DNA of 64,000 bases from IMG/VR virus record IMGVR_UViG_3300015615_000629, positions 160,001 through 224,000 of that record. One strand, given 5' to 3'. Under the pieces are notes generated by a model. The model did not search any database. It saw only the letters and a list, made by a program, of their open reading frames with translations, and was not told the DNA's origin. The position numbers and the translations under genes are program-made. The DNA is from a virus. Taxonomy: Duplodnaviria > Heunggongvirae > Uroviricota > Caudoviricetes. The first letter of the stretch is position 1. Every line of letters begins with the position of its first letter. Shown here piece after piece: positions 37,817-47,640 of this stretch.

Positions 37817-38988
37817 TTAGGCTGTTTTCCTAACAATTCCCTAATTGCTTTCTTAATCTGATTTCCACGTTCATCATCTGACAAACTTGGCGTATTAAAC
37901 CAACCCGTGTTAGTGCCAGTAATGGCAGTAGTCTTTAGGTTGGGCATTTTCAGATGGTTATCAATATACTCTTTAACCCCATCGTTAGAATAGCTCAAAA
38001 TCTGGCTAATTCCAACAAAATTAACCAACCTTGGAGCGAGGCTTTCCTTAATTGTTTCAACTAAAACTGGATTATCCGACTCCATGTTTTCACCATCCGT
38101 GAAATAAAACACATAAACATTCCATTTGTTTAAAGGAAATCTAGCCTCAAATTGATTGGAAATAAACTTAAATGCCGAAGAACATAAAGTACCGCCACCT
38201 GAACGGTATCGATAAAAAGTATGTTCATCTACTTCTTTTGCGACTACATCATGCCAAACATAACAACGTTCTACTCTGTCGTAAAACTGTCTAATCCAGA
38301 GGTCTATCCACCAGCACATATCACTAATAATATCACAACGATATTCATCAACTGAACCGGAGCCATCCCTTGCAAAGAAGATAACAGCATTGCTGGAGGG
38401 TAATTTTATCTCTTTATATTGCCTATATCGAAAATCTGAATTAATTGGAGAAACAAGTCGGACTTTTTCCTTCATCCCAGGAACTTTATGTAAAATATCA
38501 AATTCCTGGCTTGCTATTGTGCGTTTGTACGCCTGAAGCATGGTTCGCTTAGGATGAATTAGCGATCTGGGGCCGGTTAGAGAGATATTGTTATATTTGA
38601 TATCAATGTCCTCGAAAACTTCCTGTGGCTTCGGCTGAAGTGGAGGAAGTTCTAAATCTTCTCCAAGCAAATGAAGGATATCATCTAAATCAACACTGAT
38701 AAGGATTCCTTCGCCTTCGCCCTCACCGGCTTTATGTCCCTTGCCTTGACCTTGTTCATCTTTGCCGATTACATCGCCTTTTTTACCAGGGCCACGACCA
38801 ACACCAGAATTCCCAGAACCATGAACTAGGATGGGTTGGTCAATATTTGGAACAGATATGACAAGTTTCTTATCGCCACGCATTCCAAATATTTTGCCGT
38901 TATTGATGAGACTTTTGAGTTCTTTGCGGGTTTTGCCCGAATAAACATCCTTAAAGTCTTTGCGATCACTTTGAATCCGTTTAGTCAT
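37813..38988 (-). CDS. yeaH: YeaH/YhbH (DUF444) vWA-like protein
   Basis: AVIFFARDGSGS, SGGGTLCSSA, WNVYVFYFTDGEN. Confidence 0.92.
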   Translation of the reverse strand: MTKRIQSDRKDFKDVYSGKTRKELKSLINNGKIFGMRGDKKLVISVPNIDQPILVHGSGNSGVGRGPGKKGDVIGKDEQGQGKGHKAGEGEGEGILISVDLDDILHLLGEDLELPPLQPKPQEVFEDIDIKYNNISLTGPRSLIHPKRTMLQAYKRTIASQEFDILHKVPGMKEKVRLVSPINSDFRYRQYKEIKLPSSNAVIFFARDGSGSVDEYRCDIISDMCWWIDLWIRQFYDRVERCYVWHDVVAKEVDEHTFYRYRSGGGTLCSSAFKFISNQFEARFPLNKWNVYVFYFTDGENMESDNPVLVETIKESLAPRLVNFVGISQILSYSNDGVKEYIDNHLKMPNLKTTAITGTNTGWFNTPSLSDDERGNQIKKAIRELLGKQPK

Positions 38989-39407
38989 TCTTTATCCATA
39001 TTTTTAAAGTAAAGGAAAACTCCTTCGTTTTCATTGATTTCCAAACGGTTAATTCCAATATTTTTACCAATTTTAGACATTTGTTGGCAAATTAAATCAA
39101 CCATTTCCTCGAACCACTTTGGAGCGTTTTGTTTATGTCTAATTCCTAACATAAAACCTTTAACATCATCTGGTTCGTTGATATATGAAATATTGTTACT
39201 AAAGGCACCCAAAGTTACAAAAACCATCCTAGCCACCATTGTACAACGTAGTGGGTTATACTTCGAACAATAACTATTATCCAATACCCGTGCTAAATCA
39301 AGTTTGCTACAAGCCTCACTAAGCCACCCATTTTCACTCCAACGAGCGAGCAATTCCTCGTTGTCTAAATCATCTTCATTAACCCATCGGGTACTGTATA
39401 ATTTCAT
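38985..39407 (-). CDS. Hypothetical protein, paralogue of 39404-39832
   Basis: Shared DDL.NEE..A.W, KLDL, P.RCT, NISYI, GKNIG.NRLEINE. Confidence 0.7.
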   Translation of the reverse strand: MKLYSTRWVNEDDLDNEELLARWSENGWLSEACSKLDLARVLDNSYCSKYNPLRCTMVARMVFVTLGAFSNNISYINEPDDVKGFMLGIRHKQNAPKWFEEMVDLICQQMSKIGKNIGINRLEINENEGVFLYFKNMDKE

Positions 39408-39832
39408 TCTTGATCCAGGTTTTTATAATGCAAGATAATTGATTGGTGCTCGTTTATTTCTAACCGATTTAAACCAATGTTTTTACCCATATCGGTTATA
39501 TATTGGCAAATTGAATCAGACATTATGTCGAGCCAACTTCCGTAATCTTTACAGTTTAACAAACCACCAAAACTAACATATTCAGTGGCTGCCTCAATAT
39601 ATGAAATATTTAATTTAGATTGCAATCTTTTAAAGACCAATGCCGCCAAAACCGTACAGCGAACAGGGTCGTCATTCGAAGCAGCACATTTTTCCAAAAA
39701 CAAAGACAAATCAAGTTTATCAGACGCATTAAACATAGCCCAATAGGCCATTACTTCTTCGTTATATAAATCGTCTGAATCGGACCAATGGTTTTTAACT
39801 TTCTCATTTACTTTCTTATTTTTATACTGCAT
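39404..39832 (-). CDS. Hypothetical protein, paralogue of 38985-39407
   Basis: Same shared motifs as 38985-39407. Confidence 0.7.
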   Translation of the reverse strand: MQYKNKKVNEKVKNHWSDSDDLYNEEVMAYWAMFNASDKLDLSLFLEKCAASNDDPVRCTVLAALVFKRLQSKLNISYIEAATEYVSFGGLLNCKDYGSWLDIMSDSICQYITDMGKNIGLNRLEINEHQSIILHYKNLDQE

Positions 39833-40160
39833 ACTTTTCCCTAAGTTTTTCCAACTGTTTGAGTTCCCTTTCCTTCTTTTTAGCAGCAGCGTTTTTGATC
39901 CGATTCTTTTCGCGTTCTTCGTACTTTTTCAATCTCTCTTCATCTTTTTTGGCTGTTTCACGACATTTTTGAAGGATTTCATTAAATTCTTCTTTTTCGA
40001 CTTTTTCAATTAAACGATAATTACGTGTGTCTAAATATCTTCGAAGAATTTGATAATCTTTTTCATCTACTTCGAAAAATCCAGTAATTGAATCTAGAAG
40101 AGAAGAACTATAATTATCGTCGCAGAATTCCCAAACTTTAACGATAGCCACACTTCTCAT
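39822..40160 (-). CDS. Hypothetical protein
   Basis: 112-aa ORF. Confidence 0.55.
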   Translation of the reverse strand: MRSVAIVKVWEFCDDNYSSSLLDSITGFFEVDEKDYQILRRYLDTRNYRLIEKVEKEEFNEILQKCRETAKKDEERLKKYEEREKNRIKNAAAKKKERELKQLEKLREKYAV

Positions 40161-40355
40161 GTTTTATTCCTCTTGATCCAGCCAATAATTATAATAATTA
40201 TGGAATGGCAAGCATCCAGATTTGCGACCTTCGTCGGCTTTTTTGTACAACGAACATTGCATCGCAATCCATTCCTGAGTCTGCCAAGGTTGCGGTCGCA
40301 ATCGAGCTACCGCTAACTTTAAATCTACCCATTTACTCCATTCGTCTTCCATTCA

Positions 40356-42431
40356 TTATTCCTCTTCGTCACCCCGAGCAAAGATTCCACCAACATAATC
40401 CAATACGTCTGTGGCACTTTGTTCATTATAGCCATACTGACGGATTAAACGCTGTTTAATAGCATCAATTTTCTCTTGGATTTCAGGATCGACCACAGCA
40501 GCACCACTTACATTTAAAGCAGACAACTTAATGTGATCTTTTGTATCCTCGAACAATTTCTTCTCAAGAGCCGTGGCAAGTCGAATATTCGAATTATAAG
40601 TAAATTTCTTGCCAGAATGAGCCAAGGAACCCATAAAAGAAGCAATTGATTCGCGGAATTGACGAACACCTTGTTCGGGAACATCAATCTTTTCTTCAAT
40701 CGAACGCATAAATTTCTCGTCCGCCGATTGCAATTTTCCAGTAATCGGGTGAACAATCTTACGCTCTTCGATATAAGCCATCAAATTATCAATGTAGTTT
40801 GAACACAGACGAACAATGGCATTTTCATCGCTAACAAGGGCTTTACGAACTTCATTCTTGAGAATTTCATCCAATTCTCGAATTGCCAATTCGACACAGG
40901 TTTTGTATCTGGCAATATCTTCCTTGTTCGAGAACAACGGATGGTCTTCGAGTCCTTCCTTGATCTCATTCATTACCATGAACATGTTAACGTAATCGAA
41001 CTTCTTGCTCAAGCAATTTGAAATTTTATCTTGAACATAACGGCATGAAACTCCACCACTCATACCTTCATTCGGGTATTTGTCTTTGAGTTCTTTTACC
41101 CCATCTTCCGTCCAACCCGGCAAGGATCGTCCATCGTAAAGTTTAGCCTTTTCAATAAGGGTAATACGATTTTCTTTATCGTCTTGCAATCTAGTCAAAA
41201 CCGCCCACAAAGCAGCGATTTCAAGGGTGTGAGGAGCAATGTGTTGACGTACTTTCCCTGGGCCGTAGTAGTGTTCGAGAATCTTAAGTTCACCACTCCA
41301 ACGGGTCAAATACGGAACATCAATTTTAATGGTGCGATCACGCAAGGCTTCCATTGCCGGATTATTTCGCATCTTCTGAAATTCGTGTTCGTTCGTATGT
41401 GACAAAAGCACAGTATCAATAGAAATCTGTGGGAATTTCTTAGGCTTAATTTGTTGCTCTTGGGAGGCTCCCAGAAGGTCATAAAGAAATTCAGGCTCTA
41501 ATTTCAGCACTTCGATAAACTCGGTCATGCCTCTGTTGCCAGCACAGAATTCCCCGTCAAAATTAAATGCACGGGGATCACTATCACTACCAAAGTAGGC
41601 CAACTGACGATAATTAATATCGCCGGTCAATTCGGTAGCATCCTGATTCTTTTCATCTTTTGGCTGGAATGTACCAATACCAATTCGATCTGCTTCTGCG
41701 TAAACCTGTCGGACAACTCGAATATGTTTGTCAATCACCTCCTTCCAGTTGCCGTTATACCTCAAGAGCAATTCTCTCATGAATCGTTTGCAGCGTGGAT
41801 TTAATTCACCCTCGCAGCGTAATTTGTATAAGTTTTTACGACCTTCTTCTGAAGCCCCTTCGTGTAAAATTTCACTTAATTCTTGTAAAAAGACATTTCT
41901 AATGTCCTGTGGAATCAGCTTAAGAGGATCGTCCCGCATAGCACACATATCTTCAGCATGGGTGTAAATCCCATCATCACCAGTCGGTAGATCAACCCAT
42001 TTATACGTGTACCATGCTCCTTGATCTTCACGAGAATACTTTTCCATACCTCGCTTTAACGCCCTACACAGACTCGACTTAGAAGAACCTACCGGTCCTA
42101 AAAGCAATAGTACACGACGTTCTGTGCCGTAACCACCAGCACCACCCTTAAAGACTTTTACAAGTTCATTAAGCATTTCTTCATGGTCGAAGATTGGGCA
42201 TTCGGCGTCATCGAAAAAATTGTAATGAATATAAGTTTTACGGTATCTTTCAAAAGTTTCAGTTCCTTTGGAAAGAATCATGTCATACATTCGCTGCCAA
42301 GCATTTCTTGCTAGGCGAGGGTTTGCCCGAACACGCTCGATATATTCGGAAAAACTTAATTCTTCGTTAAGAGCAATAAATTCTTTTTGATTAAAAAGAC
42401 TAGAAAGGCGATCAAAGTCAGTATTTGACAT
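40356..42431 (-). CDS. yeaG: PrkA/YeaG family AAA+ ATPase (annotated Ser kinase)
   Basis: LLLGPVGSSKS, GIGTFQPKDEKNQDATELTG, SDPRAFNFDGE, NRGMTEFIE, EALRDR. Confidence 0.95.
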   Translation of the reverse strand: MSNTDFDRLSSLFNQKEFIALNEELSFSEYIERVRANPRLARNAWQRMYDMILSKGTETFERYRKTYIHYNFFDDAECPIFDHEEMLNELVKVFKGGAGGYGTERRVLLLLGPVGSSKSSLCRALKRGMEKYSREDQGAWYTYKWVDLPTGDDGIYTHAEDMCAMRDDPLKLIPQDIRNVFLQELSEILHEGASEEGRKNLYKLRCEGELNPRCKRFMRELLLRYNGNWKEVIDKHIRVVRQVYAEADRIGIGTFQPKDEKNQDATELTGDINYRQLAYFGSDSDPRAFNFDGEFCAGNRGMTEFIEVLKLEPEFLYDLLGASQEQQIKPKKFPQISIDTVLLSHTNEHEFQKMRNNPAMEALRDRTIKIDVPYLTRWSGELKILEHYYGPGKVRQHIAPHTLEIAALWAVLTRLQDDKENRITLIEKAKLYDGRSLPGWTEDGVKELKDKYPNEGMSGGVSCRYVQDKISNCLSKKFDYVNMFMVMNEIKEGLEDHPLFSNKEDIARYKTCVELAIRELDEILKNEVRKALVSDENAIVRLCSNYIDNLMAYIEERKIVHPITGKLQSADEKFMRSIEEKIDVPEQGVRQFRESIASFMGSLAHSGKKFTYNSNIRLATALEKKLFEDTKDHIKLSALNVSGAAVVDPEIQEKIDAIKQRLIRQYGYNEQSATDVLDYVGGIFARGDEEE

Positions 42432-42501
42432 ACTATTTCCTATGTTATTCCTTTGGGTGAGATAGTTTTTACGTTACTAGCGGAGAAAAAGCAAGTGGGA
42501 T

Positions 42502-42840
42502 TTACTTGACTTCTCCAAAATGTTTTCCGGAACTAATATCATCGATATCTGCATAGGGTTTGGTGCCCATATGAGACATTTTTTCAGCCATTTGACGTTG
42601 TTTGGCAACATTTGGCTTATTCCAGTTAAAGCGGTAATCATGGCCTTGATCAGTGCTATTCCAACGATCTGTGCCGATTGGATTAGTGAAATTAAAGGCA
42701 CAATTACTCACAATTTTCTCTTTTTTAAGAGAATTACAGGCAGGACATCGAACTGTCTTGTATTTGCCTGTTTTATCGTAGGGAACTAATTCTTCATACT
42801 CTAGAGAGCATTTTTTACATTGAAATTCGAAAATTGGCAC
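42502..42840 (-). CDS. FmdB-type zinc-ribbon protein
   Basis: MPIFEFQCKKC...CPACNS...KIVS. Confidence 0.85.
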   Translation of the reverse strand: MPIFEFQCKKCSLEYEELVPYDKTGKYKTVRCPACNSLKKEKIVSNCAFNFTNPIGTDRWNSTDQGHDYRFNWNKPNVAKQRQMAEKMSHMGTKPYADIDDISSGKHFGEVK

Positions 42841-43154
42841 TATTTTTCCTCTTCGTGTTCTAGAACTCCCATTAGGAAGTTGTAGATTTCTTTTATTTTA
42901 TTTAACTTAGTTTCAATTTTTCTAAATTTCCAAAAAAATCCAGATTGGGCAATATGAATTGCTTGGGCAAGAAGTTTTTGATTTATGGCAGTATTGGCTA
43001 AATCAATTTGAGCAACCTCAATATAACTTGCGGTATCATCGTCAAAATCATCGTCAAACTCATCATCTTCAAAATCTTCGTCGTAATTCATTTTATCACC
43101 TAAAAAAAATTTGTCTACTTCTTCATTGTTGTTATCATAATTAAATCTTCTCAT
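42840..43154 (-). CDS. Acidic hypothetical protein
   Basis: 104-aa ORF. Confidence 0.55.
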   Translation of the reverse strand: MRRFNYDNNNEEVDKFFLGDKMNYDEDFEDDEFDDDFDDDTASYIEVAQIDLANTAINQKLLAQAIHIAQSGFFWKFRKIETKLNKIKEIYNFLMGVLEHEEEK

Positions 43155-43222
43155 AGGATTCCTCTTAGCTGTGCCTTAACCTATGGAATTTAGCCAAAAG
43201 TCAGCACTTTATTCCTTTTTAT

Positions 43223-43705
43223 TTAGCTCATAGCGTAAACGAATTCAAACTTCTCCCATGTCTTCAATACTTTCATTTCATTCAGGCTTACTTCTTCCGT
43301 TCTAAATCGTTTTACCGCATTGTTAAAAGGAAGCTCTAATCTATTTATCCACTTGCTCGCAATGTATTTGCCAACAATTGCCGAATCCACAAAACTGGAT
43401 ATATTCTTATCTTGTGCCTTAATTGGTTTGATCTCAGGATTGTCGCCAACTGCGATCACAAGTGGATACATTATCAAGAGTTGCTTGTCGAGCAAAAACT
43501 TAGATTCTCCAAGAAAATCTGTAAATGTGTACCTTAGCGGCACTTTAAAACGATAGCACCAATCAAAGAATTGATATTGTATCTCGGATCGGCGAACCAA
43601 AACAGAAACTTTCGAGTCTGGAAAGTGTTTGTGGATAGAATACCACGAGACAAAAGACATCCAGTTATCAAAATATGAATTTTTAGCTATTATTTGAAAC
43701 TCCAT
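43223..43705 (-). CDS. Hypothetical protein
   Basis: 160-aa ORF. Confidence 0.55.
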   Translation of the reverse strand: MEFQIIAKNSYFDNWMSFVSWYSIHKHFPDSKVSVLVRRSEIQYQFFDWCYRFKVPLRYTFTDFLGESKFLLDKQLLIMYPLVIAVGDNPEIKPIKAQDKNISSFVDSAIVGKYIASKWINRLELPFNNAVKRFRTEEVSLNEMKVLKTWEKFEFVYAMS

Positions 43706-43733
43706 AAATTAATGGAGTTAGTTGGCAATAAAA

Positions 43734-45287
43734 CTAGACTTTAAAGTCAGATAGCCCAGGCGGGACTAAATTCTTTGCTGACATAGCGGGAAAGCCCAAT
43801 TTGGCTTTAATGGTATAATATTCGACTAATTCTTTGGCATATTTGAGTCCATACTTCCTGTATTGGTCTCTCATTAGTTTTATCTTTTGAATTTTATTCA
43901 TATTTGTTGAATCGGCGAAATGATGCCAATCTTCTGGAAAAGGATCGACGAAGCCATGCGAGGCTACTAGATCGACGACGCTTTTACATTGTTGTTGTGT
44001 TAGATTTTCTGGTTCGTATAATTTGAAATTTTGCAACTGGTGAAAGACATCGTCTAATATCTTCGCATTTTTCATATCTAGATTATACTGCTGTAGTACC
44101 GATTTTTTACTACTAATGACTAGGTTAACCATTTCATGTTCTTTAGAATTAAGCATCAATCCTTTTAGAACCTTAATCATTTCATCAAAAGTTTTGTTGG
44201 CATCGTGGGCAGAGAACCAACTTAAAGCGATAGCGGCTCCGAAGAGGGGTCCGCCATAGGTGTTTTTCATAACATCTAGATATTTATCACCGGCCCATTG
44301 GGCATCACTATGCTTAGTTGCCGGAGTGGGTGCTTCTGAAGCGAATTTTCCTTGAAAGATTGGAACTTTTTTAGGATTTGCGGCAATATATTGTTCCCAA
44401 GACTGTCCAGTTTTGAGTTTAATGGCTCGGGCGGCCAATTTTTTCATTTGCGGAGAGATTTTATCAACAAGTTCAAAAGGGCTTTTAATATGGGCTTTTA
44501 GGTTGAGTGCTTTTTGCAGCCATTCGTAGGAGCTATCTTTGAGATAAGTTTCAACTTTATTAAGTACAGAGCCGGTATTGTGTTGCAAATCGTAGATATG
44601 GTCAATTTGCAAGAACATTTGGGGAAAGGATGTAGCTTTATAGAGGTCTAGCCAACCTTTGGCGATTTCGGTCCAAGATTTGCCACCATAGCCACCATGA
44701 AAGCGAGCGAAACTAAAAAGTTTCCCCATTAGGGCCATGAAGTCTTTTCGATTACCAGTTTTCTCGGCGGCTACAAAACTATCTCTTCTGGCTTTATCTT
44801 TTGAATTTTTTAAGTCTTGAGGCAATAGTTCTTGATTAACGTTTGGAACACGCATCAGGGGTTCTAACCCTCGATTTAATCCATGAAAGGTTTTGGCATA
44901 TATTTTGAAAAGGTTTAATTCTTCTTTGTTTAGATGATTAATCAGGGTACTTACATCATTCAGGTCGAAGATATGTCTAAATTCGCAAGCAGCAGAGAAG
45001 AACACAGCATCGAGAAGATTATCTTTCAAGGTTGGGAGCAACGCTTCTTTGACCTCATTGAGCATATAGTCAATTTTATCTTCATCGGAGTGTTCGCCTT
45101 CTGGAGAGAAGGTTTTCGTTCCGACATCGTATCCGTGGGCAGAAAAGGCTTTTTGCCGTTTCGAGTCTAGGGCTGAACGGCCGGTAAGATTATTCAGCAT
45201 ATAAAAATCAAATAATTGTTGTTCTTTATCTTTAGGAACAACATAATTAAAAGAGCCAAATATTTCAAAAAAATGTTTGAATTCCAC
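43734..45287 (-). CDS. Large protein with MEFKHFFE leader and C-terminal bL12-like motif
   Basis: Leader; KIQKIKLMRDQYRKYGLKYAKELVE. Confidence 0.6.
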   Translation of the reverse strand: MEFKHFFEIFGSFNYVVPKDKEQQLFDFYMLNNLTGRSALDSKRQKAFSAHGYDVGTKTFSPEGEHSDEDKIDYMLNEVKEALLPTLKDNLLDAVFFSAACEFRHIFDLNDVSTLINHLNKEELNLFKIYAKTFHGLNRGLEPLMRVPNVNQELLPQDLKNSKDKARRDSFVAAEKTGNRKDFMALMGKLFSFARFHGGYGGKSWTEIAKGWLDLYKATSFPQMFLQIDHIYDLQHNTGSVLNKVETYLKDSSYEWLQKALNLKAHIKSPFELVDKISPQMKKLAARAIKLKTGQSWEQYIAANPKKVPIFQGKFASEAPTPATKHSDAQWAGDKYLDVMKNTYGGPLFGAAIALSWFSAHDANKTFDEMIKVLKGLMLNSKEHEMVNLVISSKKSVLQQYNLDMKNAKILDDVFHQLQNFKLYEPENLTQQQCKSVVDLVASHGFVDPFPEDWHHFADSTNMNKIQKIKLMRDQYRKYGLKYAKELVEYYTIKAKLGFPAMSAKNLVPPGLSDFKV

Positions 45288-45288
45288 A

Positions 45289-45483
45289 CTACCTCTTTTT
45301 CATATAACGGGATTTTTTACCTCCGCTGGCAAAAGGAGAGGCAGGAATAGGATTCAGCGTTTTAGTTCCCATGTTGAACATACTGCCTGGAATCTGTCCT
45401 TGGCCCACAGGCGTAACCCCTTGAATTTGGGGCTTAACCACACTCATAGGGTTATTTATCTCTAAAAATTGCCTAAATGTCAT
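45289..45483 (-). CDS. Small protein with MTFRQFLE leader
   Basis: Leader motif; ATGA coupling. Confidence 0.6.
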   Translation of the reverse strand: MTFRQFLEINNPMSVVKPQIQGVTPVGQGQIPGSMFNMGTKTLNPIPASPFASGGKKSRYMKKR

Positions 45484-45725
45484 TGTTGAGCAACCCCATT
45501 TATTTGATCTGCCATCTTGGCTAAATCGGCAATTTGCTGGGGCGTCATATTTTTATTCGCCATTTTTTGCTGCAAAACCGTCTTTACCGCCGCTTGAGCA
45601 TTTCCTTTGCTTTGCATGGCTTTACTTAAAGCAGCCTGAATATCTTGCATGTTATTTTGCGGCTGCCCTACTTGCGGCTGAGTAGGTTGTTGCTGCATCT
45701 GTTGGACAAATTCTTTAAAATCCAT
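45480..45725 (-). CDS. Gln-rich small protein with MDFKEF leader
   Basis: Leader; TATATA 5 nt upstream. Confidence 0.65.
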   Translation of the reverse strand: MDFKEFVQQMQQQPTQPQVGQPQNNMQDIQAALSKAMQSKGNAQAAVKTVLQQKMANKNMTPQQIADLAKMADQINGVAQQ

Positions 45726-45737
45726 AGAAGTATATAG

Positions 45738-45998
45738 TTACTTCCAAACTTCTTCCCCATTTTCATTGATAAAATGGACAACATCTCTACCAGAAGTACA
45801 AGGATGTTTACCTATAATTTGAATTTTACCAGCATGCACCTTACGATGACAGTTTGAACAGGCACAAATGGTGTTTTGATTGGTATATTTGCCTTTTTTT
45901 GAACCAGGAACTAAACGATGAATATCGAGAACTTCATAACAATCATTGCCACAAAGTTGACATTTTCCGGCTAATCGCTTTGCTAATTTTTTATTCAA
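45738..45998 (-). CDS. HNH endonuclease
   Basis: CQLCG...DIHRL...N...CSNCHRKVH. Confidence 0.85.
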   Translation of the reverse strand: MNKKLAKRLAGKCQLCGNDCYEVLDIHRLVPGSKKGKYTNQNTICACSNCHRKVHAGKIQIIGKHPCTSGRDVVHFINENGEEVWK

Positions 45999-46041
45999 AT
46001 TGGTGATCTATATATTAATAACCTCTTTAAAGGAGAAGCAA

Positions 46042-46224
46042 ATGAAAAATTTCATGATTCTTTGTGTCATGGCTCTTGGTTGCCTTGTTGCAGTTGGTTG
46101 CCACAAGTGCGATCCTTGCCATCACGGAAAATGCTGCTGTTGCTGTGATTGCAAGTGCAAAGATTGCCATTGTGACAAAGGTTGCACGCACGAATGCAAG
46201 GGCGATCATTGCGAAGTCAAGTAA
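46042..46224 (+). CDS. Cys/His-rich small lipoprotein
   Basis: AGGAG SD, signal peptide ending AVGC, mature CHKCDPCHHGKCCCCCDCKCKDCHC... Confidence 0.65.
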   Translation: MKNFMILCVMALGCLVAVGCHKCDPCHHGKCCCCCDCKCKDCHCDKGCTHECKGDHCEVK

Positions 46225-46242
46225 CTATGCTAGAATAGCCGA

Positions 46243-46905
46243 ATGGCATGTTTTCGCGGACAAAAATCGACTGGCAGAACCACTTGTTGGCATGCAAGCC
46301 CTAAAGCAGACATTACAAAGTTTGCGGGCCACGCTCTAAAACAAGAGAAAACCGGAAAAACCGGTTTATACGTGGCTCCGACTTACCTAGAATCCATTGC
46401 ATGGGCAGCAAGTTACGTCATGCACAAGAAAAAAGGTTGCGACACATATCGCAACCTTTCTTTTTATAAACTCTCAATTCCAAGAGAAATCTTAAACAAA
46501 GCTTGGAAAAATGATGGTTGGCAAAAAGAATTCTTTATTGAAGAAAAACATTTCTCAGAAATCCAAATTATTTCTCATAAAACTCTTTCTTGCAACGAAA
46601 TAACCAGCCTTTACGCTCGCCACGGCTCCATCCGTTGGGATCATCAACGAGGCCGTGTTTCTAAGGATTTCGAAAATAACGAAACAAATCTATCCATTAC
46701 AGAATATAAACGTCTAATCAAACAATATCATGAAGTCATCTATAATCTAGATAAAGCCGCAAAAACCAGAATAAATGAATTATTAAACTTCCTAAAACGA
46801 TATCACTACACCTACGTATACGAGATTAAAGAAACTCTAGATAAACGTGACGAAAAAGTAGTAAAAAGCATTATTCAAGACATAGAATCATTGCTTAAAT
46901 GCTAG
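46243..46905 (+). CDS. Possible ART-fold protein
   Basis: WHAS...GLYVAP...AWA...FYKLSIP...EFFI. Confidence 0.4.
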   Translation: MACFRGQKSTGRTTCWHASPKADITKFAGHALKQEKTGKTGLYVAPTYLESIAWAASYVMHKKKGCDTYRNLSFYKLSIPREILNKAWKNDGWQKEFFIEEKHFSEIQIISHKTLSCNEITSLYARHGSIRWDHQRGRVSKDFENNETNLSITEYKRLIKQYHEVIYNLDKAAKTRINELLNFLKRYHYTYVYEIKETLDKRDEKVVKSIIQDIESLLKC

Positions 46906-47210
46906 TTTATTTCTTCGACCCACATAACGAAGAAGAATGCGGCTGTAGTGAGCCGCTGCCAATATCTCTACAATGTCTAGCCAATCAATGGGCTGGAAAA
47001 ACTGGCAACCCCAGGGAATTAGCGGAGTTAATTTCCGAAATAGAACCAGATGCAACTATAAGCGTTTCCCCGCCTAAACTCTGTGAGTTAATGAATACTT
47101 GGCATTTTGGCATGATTTGTGTTGGTTTGGGAAGGGAAGTCGAAATCATCCAAGACTTAACCCTAAGAGAATTTAATTGGCGACTGCTAAAATTTAGGGA
47201 GATAAAATGA
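46899..47210 (+). CDS. Hypothetical protein
   Basis: Coupled ORF. Confidence 0.45.
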   Translation: MLVYFFDPHNEEECGCSEPLPISLQCLANQWAGKTGNPRELAELISEIEPDATISVSPPKLCELMNTWHFGMICVGLGREVEIIQDLTLREFNWRLLKFREIK

Positions 47211-47391
47211 ACGCTCGTGAGGCTTAAAAGCCAACAATATAAAAGGAAACCCAAGAATTCCAGGGACAAATAAACCCAAAACTCCCAAAAACAAATAGAT
47301 TTTCATTTGGTATCATCCGTATAGTTCAATGCCACATACAACACCACGGCAACAACCATAATAACCAGAAAATAGATTATTTTTATAGTAA

Positions 47392-47640
47392 TCATATCAA
47401 AACATCAAAATTGAATGGAGAAACGTGCAAGCCTTCATCGAAACGACTTATAAACCGCTCTAATGTTTCTTCTGTGTCTTTATCGACACAGAAATTCCTT
47501 GAACCACTAAAAATTCTACTAGGATAAACCGTTACTTTCTTCAAATCAAAAGTATCTTTAACCGCCAAGGCTATCGGACAGGAACCAGTCCCTCGCCGAC
47601 TCCCTTTCTTAATATGTGAATATGTTACATTAACCTTCAT
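47392..47640 (-). CDS. Small hypothetical protein
   Basis: ATGA-coupled to guaC; CPIALA motif. Confidence 0.55.
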   Translation of the reverse strand: MKVNVTYSHIKKGSRRGTGSCPIALAVKDTFDLKKVTVYPSRIFSGSRNFCVDKDTEETLERFISRFDEGLHVSPFNFDVLI

